A DNA stretch of 64,000 nt from Lama guanicoe (GCA_013239625.1 MU054323.1:16434029-16498028), one strand, 5' to 3'; shown: positions 22,948 to 36,974, counted from the first letter of the stretch. Program-made: numbers and translations. The notes: generated by a model not told the origin, from the letters alone.

Positions 22948-25232
22948 AAGATAATCAAACAACAATGAGATACTATGATTCATCTATTAGAATGGCTAAA
23001 AGCAAAAAAATTGACAATACCATTTGCTGGCAAGGATATGGAGCAACAGGATCTCTCATTCATTGCTGGTGTGACTTCAAAATGGTAACAGCCACTTTGG
23101 CAAATGGTTTGGCAGTTTCTCACATAGTTAAACATAGTTTTACCATAGGATCTAGCAATCACACTCCTACATATTTACCCAACTGAGTTGAAAAACTTAT
23201 GTCCATACAAAAACCAGCATGTGAATTGTTTATGGCAGTTTTATTCATAAATGTGAAAAAGTAGAAGCAACCTTCAATAGGTGAATGGAGAAACAGTTAT
23301 ATAGTCATGCAACAGAAAAAGCAATCAAACCATACAAAGACAGATGAATCTTAAATGTATGTTGCTAAGTGAAAGAGGCTAGTCTTAAAAGGCTACATAC
23401 TGTATAATTCCACTCATGACATCTTGGAAAACGCAAAACTCTTACAGAGATGGTGGATAGATTATTGGTTCCCAGGGACTCGTAGTGAGAGGAGAGTTGA
23501 ATAGGTACAGCACTGGGGATGTTTCAGGGTGGTGAAACTATTTTTATGATGCTGTAAAAATGGTAGATGCATGAAACTCTGCACTTGTCAAAATCCATAG
23601 ATTTTACAGCACAAAAGATGAACCTTAATTATGCAAATTTTAAAAATCATTTAGGAGGTTGTAGGATCCTGGGATGGAATGCAAAATATGACAAAAGAAT
23701 CTTACTGTATTATAAATGCCTGAACAATCTCACTGAAGGGGGTGGGGGAAGAGTGCTGACCTAAGTACATTTTGAAATAAGTGGAATCTGTAATAAAGTT
23801 AAAGGCAAAAGGAATTGTACATAAGCACTGTAGTTTGTCAAGTCATTTTCTACAAGGATATGGGTTAACAATTATGTGAGTGCTCTACAGTGCACTGGAA
23901 TTGAGCAGTAAAGTAATGGATGGCTGAGTGTGAGAGCCAGGTTTCTTGCTGTAGGCGAGAGGATCTAGAAAGCAAAGGGAGAAGGCTAGGATCATCCATG
24001 TGGTACTGGGTTAGAGTTGGAGATATCAATATGAACCCATATTTAGCTTAATGTAGACACAGATGGTTAGATATAAAAATATTTATAGATATATATGTAT
24101 ATTCATGTGTTACTGTACATACACATAAATTCTTTCTCTGTTGGCTGAGAGGACCTAGAAGTGACAACACCCCAGTAGCTCCCAACACACCCAGATGTGG
24201 TCTCTAAAACCAGTCTTCCATAAAAGAACCAGGGCTTCTGGGAGAAATCCCTGATTCTAGGACCAGGGCAGGAAACACAGAAGATGAGCTTGGAGCATCT
24301 TATAGTTCAGAAAGTAAGGAAGGGCTCAAGAGAAGCCCACAGTGACTGGAGTATTTGAAGGGACACAGGACCCAACCGAAAGAGCTCTCAATGGCTGAAG
24401 CTGGAACCATTTAAGCAACAAAACAGTGTTGGGTTTTAAGCCAAAGCATAAAATATATATCCATGAATCCATACTGATAATAACTAAATGATAAATAAAT
24501 AAGTAAATAGAGGACAACAGACAAATCTCTCCTACAGACGAATTCCAAATAATTCACTTAAATTTATTTCTCTGTGAAAGAGGTAGAATTTAACTTCCCT
24601 CTCCTTAATTGTGGCCTGCATGTAGTCACTTCCTTTCAGAGAATACAATATGAAATGGTAGGGGAAAGTACTTTCACGGTGAAGAGGCCTGACAAACACT
24701 ACCTCAGCCAGGTGATCAAGATCAGCATCAACAGTCATAGATCAAGTTGATAGTATGTAACCTTGACATTGTTTGATGAGAATGGACTTTACCTCTGTGG
24801 TCTTTTTCTCAAAAGACTCACAGCTACAGTCTAATCAGGAGAAAAACATTTGACAATTTCTGAGGGACATTCTACAAAATACTTGACCACTACTCCTCAA
24901 AACTGTCAAAGTCATCAAAAACAAGGAAAGTCTTAGAAACACAGCGATGTAGAGCCTAAGGAGATGTAACAACTACCTTTAACGTGCTATGCTGGATGGG
25001 ATCCTGGAACAGGAAAAGAACATTAGGTGAAAAGTAAAAAGAAATCTGAATATTTTATTCAGACTTTAGTTAAAAATAATGTATCAATATTGGTTCATTA
25101 ATTGTCATCCATATATGGTATTAAAGTAAGATGTTCATAGCAGGGAAACAGTATATGGGAACCCTATACTATCTTCGCAATTTTTCCATAAGTCTAGATC
25201 TAGTTTGAAATAAAAAGGTTTATTTTTTAAAA
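22948..25232 (+). mobile_element. Old L1 (L1MC/L1MD-type) ORF2 end plus long 3' UTR
   Basis: ORF 22938..23186 retains TTMRY..RMA..N.CW.G.G...L.HCW; ends aaataaaaagg...aaaaaa. Confidence 0.85.
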
Positions 25233-25929
25233 AATGCTGGATAGAGGATCTGGGCTTAATTATTTCATTCACAGCTGGCTTCTGTCTTTAACTCATTCTC
25301 TCATTTGGAGCTTGGAAATTAAACTTTTTAAATAATCAAATGAATAAAGTTTATTCATAAAGAGCTGAAAATCTTTCTCTCAGAAAATTGGAAGTAAACT
25401 ATTAGACTAGCAAAAAAAGAGGTTTCTATGTGTACAAAAGTATAGGATTCTGTGTTTTTTTCCATTCTGATAATACAGGTTGATTGCACTATTGATTTGC
25501 ATTACTGAAATGACACTATGAAAATTCCATGACAAAAGTTAAGTTTTAAATTTATAGTTTATATTGCTATACAGTGGCTTTGGACATGGTTTGGAAATGG
25601 ATGACTTGAGAGAAATCTTGGTGAACTCCTAAGTATCAATAAACAGGTGAGTGGATATTTTGAAATTTTGACAAGGAACTCCTGTTCACGGCACTCGCAG
25701 GTGTGTGTCTGGTAGTCTGTGGAGTCTCCTATAAGTCGTATAGGCCCTAGTGCCCACGTTTCTAGGAAGACAGGCAGCTCGGAAGCCCTCTCTGAAGGCC
25801 TCTGGAGGCCACAGCTGTGCTGAGAAAGAGCAAGACAGAGAAAGTGCCTCTTTGCACAGCAAGTGCTTAAAGGACTTTCGATGTAAATACTGACCCTGGC
25901 ACCACCTCTGCTCACTCCCCATAACCAGT

Positions 25930-26570
25930 TCGTCATGTCAGGTAGATCAGACCATCTCATGTGGCTTCTCATAGCCATCAGAGTAAAATACAAAGTACAT
26001 AGTTGGCTAAAAAAAACTTCTTTCTTGCCCAGGCCCTTGCCTATTTCTCTAACCTCATCTTGTAAACTCTCCTCAGGTTCCAAACATACAGAGTTCCTTG
26101 TAGTATTCAAAACTGCCATGCCTCTTCTTTCTAGAATGCCCCTCCCCCTGCCCTCCATCTGACTCCCACCTCCCTGTCCTTCAGGGCCCACTGCCTCTGT
26201 CAAGTGCTCTGGGGTCCTGACGGCTGGGCCACTGTCCCTCCTCTGTGTTATTATAGCTCCTTGCCCATGACTCTGTTTCATTTCTTATCTCCTGGAATGT
26301 ACCGCATGCCTCCTTCATGTACTCTCACTCATCCTTCGAGACTTCCCTTTGGTAGCCCTCCCCCCATTAGTCAGAGTTAATCTTCCTCTGCTCCGGTGAG
26401 TCATTAAGATTTTTTCCCTTTATCGCAGTCCTGAGTTATGTCTGACTTGCTTTAGTTGCTGGCATGTTTGGTCTGGCTTTTTCACCTGATTGCTAGCCAT
26501 TTCAGAATAGGCAGCTTATCTTCACCTTTTATTTAACACAATGCCTGGCATGGTACCTGTTGATTAAGGT
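25930..26570 (+). mobile_element. L2 fragments
   Basis: 'cagaccatctc...ggcttctcatagccatcagagtaaaatacaaag'; ends 'acacaatgcctggcatggtacctgttgattaa'. Confidence 0.6.
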
Positions 26571-28429
26571 AATTGCCCTTTCTGTGGTTACTTGGGCCTC
26601 TAGGCAACCAAACATCTCAAGGCAGATGCAGAGGCTGCCCCAGTTGGTCCCATTTCTGGACAGGCTATGCCAGTCTTTATATGACTCAGTGAGTTCAAGC
26701 AATAAGGAAATGGAATGTACAGCACATTTATTTCTCCTCTCTGGATACCTGTTCTGCAATCATGACCAAACAGAAGGAATAAACCCAGACCAGAATCTGA
26801 AATGTAAAAAGCCTACCTGTCAATTATACCATTGTTTCCTGCTGGAGTGAGGAAAGTGGCCTTGGCTGCACATTCCTGGAACATGAATAATACTGGTTGT
26901 GATTACACTACATCTCATCCATCATCAGCCTATGAACATTGAATATAACCTAATTAGGAAATGTGAAGGTCCCTTTGCTGGGGATAAGTGCCTGGGAAAG
27001 ACATGTCCACATGCCTCTCCCCATGATGGGGACTATGAGGCTCACACACAGGTTTGCAGGGCTCAAGGGCAGACCTCACCTGTCTAGTCTGCATTCCTCA
27101 CGTAATCACCTGTAAGCCAGATAGTAACACCTTGGATTCCACCCTATGTTACTCTCCTCCTTAAATGTGTTGCAAAGGAGATAGATCACAACTGATACAT
27201 CAGTCACTTTCAAATGGATGTTAAAATATTAACTAAGTGATTAACTCTGCCTAACACATTTTTTGTTTACTACTTTTGACTGGCTTCAGATAGCAATCCT
27301 GAATTTGCTGACAGTTGGCTTCTCATCTTTTATTGAATTCTTCTGAGCTTGTTTGTTTTTTCCTACACAGCTCTTAAAACGCACTCAGAGGGCTGCATTC
27401 TATCTTCCAAAGTGCAGAAAGCAGAGGACTAAGTCTGTAGGGATGAGACACCTTCCTTGAAGTTCCTCCTCGAGAGAAAAAGTACAGACTCTTCTTTATA
27501 CAAAAAGCTCCTGTGTCTGAGTCCTCCTTTCCTGTTTGCAGACTTTAACTTGTTGCATTCATTATTCAGTCCTCTGCCATTGCACCTTTCTGATACTTGG
27601 CGAGCATCAGCTGTGGTGCCGATCCACCTCACCCCCACAGCGTCCTGGCACCCAGCATTTACAGAGTAATTGTCGGGAACAAAGAGGCCTGAAGCCACAA
27701 GGCAGCTGTAGGGACCTACCTGCTCTGAGACTGAATGCCCCGCCAAGCACACAGAGCCCCAACCCACGGAAGTAATGGATAGGTCAACCTTAATTCTACC
27801 GGAAAATGTTTTTTTGTCAAACCACCGCCTGCCCATTCAGTGTGGATTCCTATAACCTCTCTACTTTGTCCTGACAATGTGTGAGCTTCAGTGTCATGTT
27901 CCAAGGTTCTTTTGCTGCTGGCCGTGGTGTCTCAGGGATTATCATTAGAATCCTTTATTTGCCTTGAATCCTGGTTAAGCCACTCTACAGTGTCATGATA
28001 GTTTGCCACCTGTTTCCCAGTGTCCTCTGTCCCCCTCATTTCATAGAACTGGGCTTCCCTTGGATTCACATTTTGGGAGTTTAGTCTATCTCTAATTTTA
28101 ACTGCTGGGTTCTCTTCCCAAGGGATGGAACCTTGCTCTGGTAAAGATCTCCATGAAATACTGGGATGGTGTATTCACCACCTACTCAATTTTGTTCACC
28201 AGGTTTTGACCACAAGTGAGGACATCCTGCCACTTCTGCCCTCTAACCTGGTGTTTACCTACGTTATGTCCGGGTGTTGCTTCTTTCCCTTGGTTGCCAT
28301 GCCCTACCTGCTTGTTTCAATTTCTGTGGTCACCCTAGCCTCCACCTGTCTCAGCGGCTCCACCCCTTCTCACAATTTATCCTGATGCTGTGTCTTACTG
28401 AAGAACCATAATACGTATTAGGGAGAATA

Positions 28430-28580
28430 TTCTTATTGTTACTACTGTTGCTTTACTGTTAAGGAAACTGTGGTTCAGAAGGATTAAGTGACGTGGCCAA
28501 GTAGATGTGTAGTACACGGTTGAGCCCGGCCTTTAAAAACTAGGTCTTTTGTCTCTTAATAGTTTGCTCTTTGCCCAAAT
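28430..28580 (-). mobile_element. MIR fragment
   Basis: 'tttactgttaaggaaactgtggttcagaaggattaagtgacgtggccaag'. Confidence 0.7.
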
Positions 28581-29754
28581 CTGCATTTTTCGCTCTAAAA
28601 ATCTTAAGGATGGTTTTGAAAATTAGATATGATAAAAGGTAAAAAATATACAGAAGTAAGTGTTTTATTATTATTGTTGTCAGCAAGTAGGCTTCCTCTG
28701 GGTTGCAGCAATGCATTCTTCTGATTCTCTCCAAGACTTTGAAATGAAAAAAGCTGCTGCATCCTGCATCCGATGAAGCTTGCACATGGATGTGAAATTA
28801 CAAAAATGTCTACAGATGCTAGGTGTGAACCAGTCATGTTTCAAAAGTTTGTTTGTGGTTATTGAAAATGGAGGCCTCATTTTCCCAAACAAATAATGTT
28901 ACAAATGGTGGTTAAATTCTTGGGTTATCCCATAAAGCCTATTTAATTAATAATGTTGCTGGAGTACATTTCTAGTTCATAAGGTGGCTGAAGTAATGCA
29001 TATATTATGCCATTTCTTCAAGGCCCTGATCAATTAAGTAATGTTTATTTTGAGCCCTGTAGAACTGTCTCCTGACAGCAGTAATAAGTCTGTCACTATT
29101 GACTGTAAAGAATGTAGGGGTGGTTGGGAAATTTCCTGTATTTTAATAGCTGAGAGAGCTGGTTTATCAGTTGAGGAGTGAGAAGGTATTCTCGAGAGAG
29201 GTCAAGTGGCTTGAAAAAAAAAAGTGCAAATGTGGAGTAGAAAAAGAGCAAGGAAGAGAAATTCCAGGAACAAAAAAAGATGAGAGCAGAGGGGTTGGAA
29301 GAAGTCAGAATTATCTGAGGATGAGAGGTAAAATCTGACAAGGAAATGGGAACTAATAAAAGGATTTAGAGAATGTAGATTTAGAAGGTTAGGGATTTAT
29401 AATGTGACAGAAGATGATTTTGGCAGAAGATGATTTTGAATGGCTTTGGATAGAACAAGCTCAATTTTAGAGAAGGGTGTTAAAGAAAAAACTATACTAC
29501 TAAAGCTTATGTAACTTAACTCTAACTAGGTGTAACCAGTGGGCTCACAGATTAGCTACAGATTCTCACTGATGAGGGACAGGGTATGACCCAGGAAGGC
29601 CATGAGGTCTGAGGACTAATGGGAAAGAGTCTTGTAGGGAAGCTATATGTTACTCCATTAGAGTAAAATAAGAAAAAGGCAATCCTGCAGAGAAAAAAGG
29701 AGATGGCTTTGGTGGAATATGCATCTCTATGTCAGTCTTTGCCCTATTTTAGTC

Positions 29755-30056
29755 CAGCTGGCCCTCCATATCTGTGGAGATTCAACCAACCACGAGTCAA
29801 AATATTAGAAAAAAAAGTTTCATAAAGTTCCAAAAAGCAAGACTTGAACTTGATGCCCTGGCAACTATTTACATAACATTTACATTGTATTACATATTAC
29901 AAGTCATCTAGAGATGATTTAAAGTATAGGGGAGGGTATGTGTAGCTTATATACAAATACTGCACCATTTTATATAAGGAACTTGAACATCTGTGGATTT
30001 TGGTCTCTGCAGGGGAGTCCTGGAACCAGTCCCCGGAGAATACTAAGGAAGGACTA
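29755..30056 (+). mobile_element. MER2-type (TcMar-Tigger) DNA transposon
   Basis: cagctggccctccatatc ... gaatactaaggaaggact termini; uninterrupted paralogue of 13533-13918. Confidence 0.85.
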
Positions 30057-30731
30057 TACCGGAATGGGAGGAAATCTTGACTAGAGTAGGATTTAGTCCA
30101 AGGTAAAGAAAGCTACAGAATAGCAATTAAATTGATGACACTATTCTCAAAGGTGCTGTAATGGGCTCCTTGGTTGGTTGGTTGGTTTACAAAGGGAAAA
30201 AAGCCTGGACAAATCTAGAAACAAGAATAGAAAAGAAGGATTGCTGTCTCTTTATCAGTAATAAAAATTCTATCTCCTTCTCCTGTGGCAAGCTCTGAAG
30301 ATCTTGTTGCCTTTAGGGAAATGTTTCTTTTCTTTAAAATGGATTTTGACTGTACTTGCTCTGGGAGGGATAAGTGTGTGTGTCGTTTGGCTGAAAGTCC
30401 AAAGTGTTGTTCCAGATTGAACAACTCAGTCTTTAGAGGGAGAGCTTAGTTTGAGCTACTATGTCTCATGGTTGCCGTAATTAGAAGTGGAAGGTCATAT
30501 TTTAGGGTAAGAGCAACCTTCTTAAGTAGAGGGATAATGTTTCCTAGAGGAAGGTGGAGATTTGCAACATGATAGATTTAAGAATGTTCTTTCTTTATTT
30601 TGGAGGAGGGACAGGGGCACAAGGCTAGGAATCAGGTGACCCAATGAGAAGATCTATGTGAAAAATTTAACTGGCATATTAATTTTTTTTAATTAAAAAA
30701 TCTGGGAATGGTGATGTTTAGGGTCATTTTT

Positions 30732-31180
30732 TAAAACATTTTTATTGATTTATAATCATTTTACAATGTTGTGTCAAACTCCAGTGTTCAGCACAATTTT
30801 TCAGTCATTCATGGACATATACACACTCATTGTCACATTTTTTTCTCTGTGGTTTTTCATAAAATTTTGTGTATATTTCCCTGTGCTATACAGTGTAATC
30901 TTGTTTATCTATTCTACAATTTTGAAATCCCAGTCTATCCCTTCCCACCCTCTACCCCCCTGGTAACCACAAGTCTGTATTCTCTGTCCATGAGTCTATT
31001 TCTGTCCTGTATTTATGCTTTGTTTTTGTTTGTATGTTTGTTTTTTAGATTCCACATATAAGCGATCTCATATGGTATTTTTCTTTCTCTTTCTGGCTTA
31101 CTTCACTTAGAATGACATTCTCTAGGAGCATCCATGTTGCTGCAAATGGCATTATGTTGTCGGTTTTTATGGCTGAGTAG
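30732..31180 (-). mobile_element. Young L1 3' fragment (~450 bp) with a 13-bp TSD
   Basis: Colinear with 21392-21836; ORF2 stop at 31047-31045; TSD tagggtcattttt at 30719-30731 and 31178-31190; TT/AAAA endonuclease site. Confidence 0.95.
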
Positions 31181-33309
31181 GGTCATTTTTAATATTATAA
31201 ATTGTCATTATCTCTATCTCCCAACCCTCATTCAAGTTCAGCCGCCTTGGAATGTGATGGTAAAGGAAAAATCTAATCTTCTGTTGAGTTCAGTGTGACA
31301 GCATCCTCCCTAGGGAGGGGACAGTGCCCCTGGAGATCTAAGTGGCAAGCTAGCAGTGAGTAGCGAGTGGCTCAAGGCAGATCTGGGAGAGGCAAGCCAT
31401 GGTGCTGGACCACTTCAAGAGCAGATAAGAACTAAAGCAACTTTTAACAGGGGCAGCGTCCACTGGGATTACATAAATCAAAGGATGGAATCTTTCCATC
31501 TGCCCTTCCATTCAGATGTTGGAAGAGCAGATTTCTCAGGATCCTAGGTAGCTGAGTTCATGTGCAACTGGGGCTTTCTCAGCAATGCTCTACCTATATT
31601 CTAGGAGGGCTGAAGATGAAAGGAGAATGTGGGATCCAGGAGCCATCCCTCAGAGGAATCCTAACAGAAACCAATGGGGAAGCCAAGTCAGGAAATCTTT
31701 CCACCTCATCAGTCACTATAGGGACGTGGGAAAAAAATGCATCTCTTAAGATGTAAGATTTTGGCAGGATTGAGAATTGCCATTTCCATTTGCCATTTAT
31801 GGATACTATTTATTGTGTTTTGCTTTCTAATAATTAAATTGTATTAAAATAACCTGGTAGTGAGAGTGTTGGCAAGAGAAACACTTGTTCTTTATTTTGT
31901 TAGTAGGCAAGTTGGGGCTATTGGCAGAATATTCTAGCACAAGCAGAATTCTATGAAACTAGTTATCTAGACAATGTGTGGAAGAGTTTGCTGTAGGAGG
32001 TGCTACACTTAGATGAGGAAATTTTCAGGAGCTTTGGAGGTCTCAAAAGGATTTATTTTTGAGATGGGATTAGCTGAAGAAGTAAGAGTTAACAGTTTGA
32101 GGTGTGTGGAGAGGAAGCAGAGCCTGAGATAATGTCCCTGCAAAATTAGAACAAAGTTTTGGCAATGCTTCTTAACCATATTATATAATTAGGCAGGAGA
32201 CTTGGTGAAGAGAAAGATGGGGATTTTGGTCTCAATTGCATTGCATTTGAAATGTTGATTTACATTTCTATTGGACTTTGCTGCATCTATTCCTTCAGCC
32301 TTTGAAAATGAAGCACTGTATCTTTACATGTAAATTCAGCTCCATCAAAATCCTCTCTTCTTGTTGGATAGAGGGGCTGAACCCTAATCTAGTCCCACAG
32401 ACCCCATCCTGGATGATGATTCATTGCTTTGGGAACTTTTCCTCACCTCTAGCACCCACTCATACCACTGTTTAAGTAGCGTTTAGCTCATGCCCCCTCT
32501 CTAATCCTGCATCTCTGTTTGTCAGCAGGATGATATTATTTGAATGTCTTTACACTTTGTGTTATTAAATAAACTTAGTTCTCTTTTAATAGTCACCTTT
32601 CATAGATTTTTTTCATTACTGTCAAAAGAACCATTTGGTTTTTCCTAGTTCCTTAAGTAAAAATTTAGAGCCTTTTTGACATCCTGTCCCTTATTAATTT
32701 TGCTAATTCCTTTTTACATAAAGTCCTACAGATTTATCCCATTCAGTTCTTCATTACCCCTAATTAAAACTTCAACGAAATCCTAGATCATTCTTATGTT
32801 TTCTGTCTCAGTTTTATGTATACATCTTATAGTCAGCCAGTAGCTGAATCTTCTTCAAACATGATTTTCCAATTTCATCCACATACCTCTGTCTTCAGTT
32901 CATTCATTCATTCATTCAGATTCTCCACTGTCAAATGGTTTACCTATTTTATGCCAGCATAGTTACTTGAAAATTAAGAAATACAATCCCTTTTAATGAC
33001 ACATTTCTATAAAGCAAGTTAGCTGATACATGAATGGTAAGCAGAAGAAAGATATCAGAATAATGCAGAAGTCATGTTGGTTTATGTATTTCCCATATAT
33101 TAACATTTTGTGCCACTAAATCATAGTATCGAACACTTGGAACACAAAGGACACCATCACAACTGAATGTGACAGGCCAGTAGGGTGCACAGTGCCCAGT
33201 CACTGCGTGTTTGCTCTTCCCATATTTGGCTACATGCTCTAGCTTGGAAGAGTTTATCTTAGAAGGGTTTAATATTGAAAGGGTTCTTGATCTTTGTGTA
33301 TTTGCTTTT

Positions 33310-35270
33310 AAAAAAAAATGCAGTTGTAGAAATAATTCTGAATGACTCCTTCTGCCATTGACCTAGTTTTCCCCAGTGGTAATATCTTATAAAAGCTGTA
33401 ATACAATATCACAGCTGAGGTATTGATGTTGACAGAGTGAAGACACAGAACATTTCCATCACCGCAAGGGTCCTTCATGTTACCCTTTTATATCCACACC
33501 CACTCCCCTCCCTACTCTCCCTCTTGAACCCTGTAAACGCTAATCTGTTCTGTATTCTATAATTTTGTCATTATAAGACTATTATGTAAATGGACACATA
33601 CAGTACACAACCTTTTGGGATTGGCTTTTTTCATGCAGCATAATTTTCTGGATATTCATCCCATTGTGTATAACACTAGTTCACTCCTTTTAGTTGCTGA
33701 GTAGTATTCCATGGTATGGATATACCACAGTTTGTTTATTCAGTCACTTGTGGAAGGACATCTGGGTTGTTTCCAGTTTTTGTCTATTATGAATGAAGCT
33801 GCTATAAACATTTGTGTATAGGCTTTTGAGTGAACATAAGACTTCATTTTTCTGGGATAAATGTCCAGGACTGCAGTTGCTGGCTTGTATGAGTGGCATG
33901 TTTGGTTGCTTTTTTTTTTAAACTGCCAATTTATTTTCCAGAGTGGCTGAACCAGTTCACATTCCCATCAGCAATCCTGTTTTCCTGTATCCTTGCTGAC
34001 ATTTGGTGTTGTCACTATTTTTTATTTCAGTCTTTCTGATAAGTGTCTATTGGTATCTCATTATAGTTTTAATTTTAATTTCCCTAATATCTAATGATAC
34101 TGAACATCTTTTCATGTGCTTATTTGCCATCTGTATGTCTTCACTGAAAATGCTCTTCATGTCTTTTGCCCATTTTCCAATCGAATTTTTTCCCTCCTGC
34201 TCTGTAGTTTGTAGTCTTTTTCATTCTCTCAACAGAGTCTTTTGTACAGAGAACATTTTAAATTTTGATGAAGTTCAATTAATAATTTTTTTCTTTTCTG
34301 GATTGTGTTTTGGAGTCATGTCTGAGAACTCCTTTCTTAGCCCTAGATCCCAAAGATTTTTCTATATTTTTAAAAACAGAAGTTTTATAGCTTGAAATTT
34401 GACATTTAAGTCTGCTATCCATTTTGAGTTAATTTTTGTATAAGGTGTTAGGTTTATGTTAAGTTTCTCTTTTTTTTTTTTGCCAATGGGGGACCAAAGG
34501 TCCCAGCACCATTTGTTGAAAAGGCTATCTTTCCTCTATTGAATTATTTTTACAGTTTCATCAAAAATCAGTTGGGCATATTTCTGTGAGTCTGTGTCTG
34601 GGTTCTCTATCATGTTCCATTGATCTATGTGTCTGTCCCTTTGTCAATACCACACAGTCTTGACTACTGTAGCTCTGATTGCATAGCTTGAAATCAGGTA
34701 GACTGATTCCTCCCATTTTATTCTTTTTCAAGACTGTTTTAGCTATTCTAGTTGCTTTACCATTCCATTTAAATTTTAGAATAAACCTTATGAATATCTA
34801 CAAAAAATTGCTGGGATTTTGATAGAAATTGTGTTAAGCCTATATATCAACCTGTGAAGAATTGACATGTGTACTACATTAAGACTTCCGATCCATGAAC
34901 ATAGTATGTCTTTCCATTTATTTAGAACTTGTTTGATTCCTTTTATTTTGTAGTTTTCAACCTATGAGCGCTATACATATTTTGCTATATTTACACCAAA
35001 GTGTTTAACTTTTTGGACAATTGTGAATAGCATTGTACTTTTAATTTCTGAGGCTTTTCCTCTGCTAGTACTTTGGGTAAAAAGAGTAGGCTTTTGTTTG
35101 AGGCTCTTTTTTTTTTTTTTCTGCACCCATTGCCATATCTGGGACTTCTGGCTTCTTCAGCTCCAAGCCTGAGGTATATAAAGTAAAAAGAAAACCCAGG
35201 GAACTCACCTCTGTGTCATTCCTTGGGTCCCACATTTTCTAGCTGGTCCCATAATCCCTGTTATATTTTT
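33310..35270 (-). mobile_element. Old L1 (L1MC/L1MD-type) 3' UTR and ORF2 remnant, plus a further L1M piece at ~35050-35270
   Basis: Antisense L1 hallmarks 'gctgagtagtattccatggtatggatataccacagtttgttt' and 'ccagcaccatttgttgaaaagg'. Confidence 0.88.
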
Positions 35271-35734
35271 GTGCATAATTTTGGCCGACCTTAGTTTTTT
35301 AAATATGTATATATTGCATTATAACAGAATGCCTGTATATTAAACCTGAATGCTGCCTTTTAAAAACTTATAGTTTAGAGGACTCAAAACTTCTCCCATA
35401 TCTAACTCAATATTACATGGTAAATTAAGACACAAAGGCAAATTTTTGATTGGTAAATATCTCCACCATCTGCCTTAGTTAAAACTTAAAGCTTTACTAT
35501 TTGCATTGCATTTCAGTGGATTCTGTTATTTCTGCCAATAAAATATCATTATCACCATGTCCCAGGAGGGTTCAAACACTAAACTGCTATTGAGAATTAA
35601 TAAGGTAGTGTTAATGTATTATTAGACCCTTTCCTGACACTTTGCTGCAAGCAGGATATTTTTTATGGGAGGGATGCTGGAAAGATAGATACAGAAGTAG
35701 GAATGATCCACAGAAACTGGTATGATGGAGACTT

Positions 35735-36395
35735 ACATATTGCCTACATTCAAGCCCGACCCTCTGCTTATTACTATGTAACTTTGGGCAAGTCATTTAA
35801 TCTTCTCATTAAGTGACTTGGTCTCCTCATCCATATAATGGGGATAAAAATAGAACCCATCTGTTTTAGTTTTCTAGGACCGCTGTAATAAATTAAAACA
35901 AACTTGGCTTAAAACTAAAGAAATGTATTCTCTCACAATTCTGGAGACCAGAGGTCTGAAATCAAGGTGTCAGCTAGGCTGTCCTTCCTCCAGGGGCGCA
36001 AAGAGAGATTCCACCTTTTTTCTCTGCCAGCTCCTGGTGGCCAGCAGCATTCTTTGACTTGTGACTGTTCACTGCAGCCTCTGCTTTGGTCTTCACATGG
36101 CTTTCTCTCTGCCTGTGTCTTCTCTTCAGTCTGTTGTAGGATGCTTCTCATTGGATTTTGGGACCACCTGTATAATCCAGGATAATCTCATCTTGAGATC
36201 CTTCACTTAATTATGTCTGTAAAGACACTTTTTCCAAAGAAGGCTACAGTCCCAGTTTTTAGGGACACCTTTTTTGGCAGGGTAAGGGTAGAGGGTGCAC
36301 CATTCAACCCACTACACCATCCCTTAGGATTATTCTGCAGATAACAGCATTCCTGCAGAACACATAGTCTGATATCTGACATAATAGTAAGTTGT
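35735..36395 (+). mobile_element. MIR SINE split by an MLT1 LTR
   Basis: MIR core at 35735-35861 ('ctttgggcaagtcatttaatc...ctcctcatccatataatgggg'); resumes after 36316. Confidence 0.75.
35862..36316 (-). mobile_element. MLT1 (C/D-like) MaLR solo LTR with a perfect 5-bp TSD
   Basis: tgttttagtttt ... cattcaacccactaca; ccatc at 35857-35861 and 36317-36321. Confidence 0.92.
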
Positions 36396-36493
36396 GAAGG
36401 TTAGAGAAATTTATTATTATTATTATTAGATAGCAGGAGGGCATAGGATGTTTGAAGTTGGGTGGATACCAGGAGATGAAAGGAATAGGCTGA

Positions 36494-36974
36494 TGTTTCA
36501 GTTATTTATTGCTGCGTAACAACAAGCACACCAAAACTTTGTTGTCTGACAAAACAGTGATGTGTTATTTCTCGTGACTCTGTTGGTGGCCTAGGCTTGT
36601 TGGTGGTTCTTCTGATCGACCTGGTACAGCTGAGGTCACCTAGCAACTTTATTCATCTGGAGGATGGCCCATCCTTCCACGATTGTGTTTTGTCTTCCAG
36701 GTCTCTCTCCATATGTCCTTCAGTGATGAAGCCTGTGTTTCTTTATGGCATGGTTATTGGCTTCCAAGGAAAAAAGCAGAAGCTTCCAGGCCTCTGCTGG
36801 AAGTAGGTCAGTGTCACTTCTGCCAGATTCTTTGGGCAAAACAAGTGACAAGGCTACCCTGGATTTCAGGGGATTGGTAAATAAACTTACTTCGTAATAG
36901 GAGGGCAGCAGTACCCAACCCCCACCCCAAGAAAAGAAGGGAGGAAGAAATTGATTTGGAGATTCTCTACCACA
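36494..36974 (-). mobile_element. Older MLT1 (J/K-like) LTR
   Basis: tgtttcagttatttattgctgcgtaacaa ... cacttctgccagattctttgggcaaaacaagtgacaagg ... ctaccaca. Confidence 0.75.

Noticed and set aside
25559..26281. Longest ORF in the window (240 aa, minus strand)
   Set aside because: Largely overlaps an L2 remnant in antisense; no domain similarity, splice structure or coding-like composition
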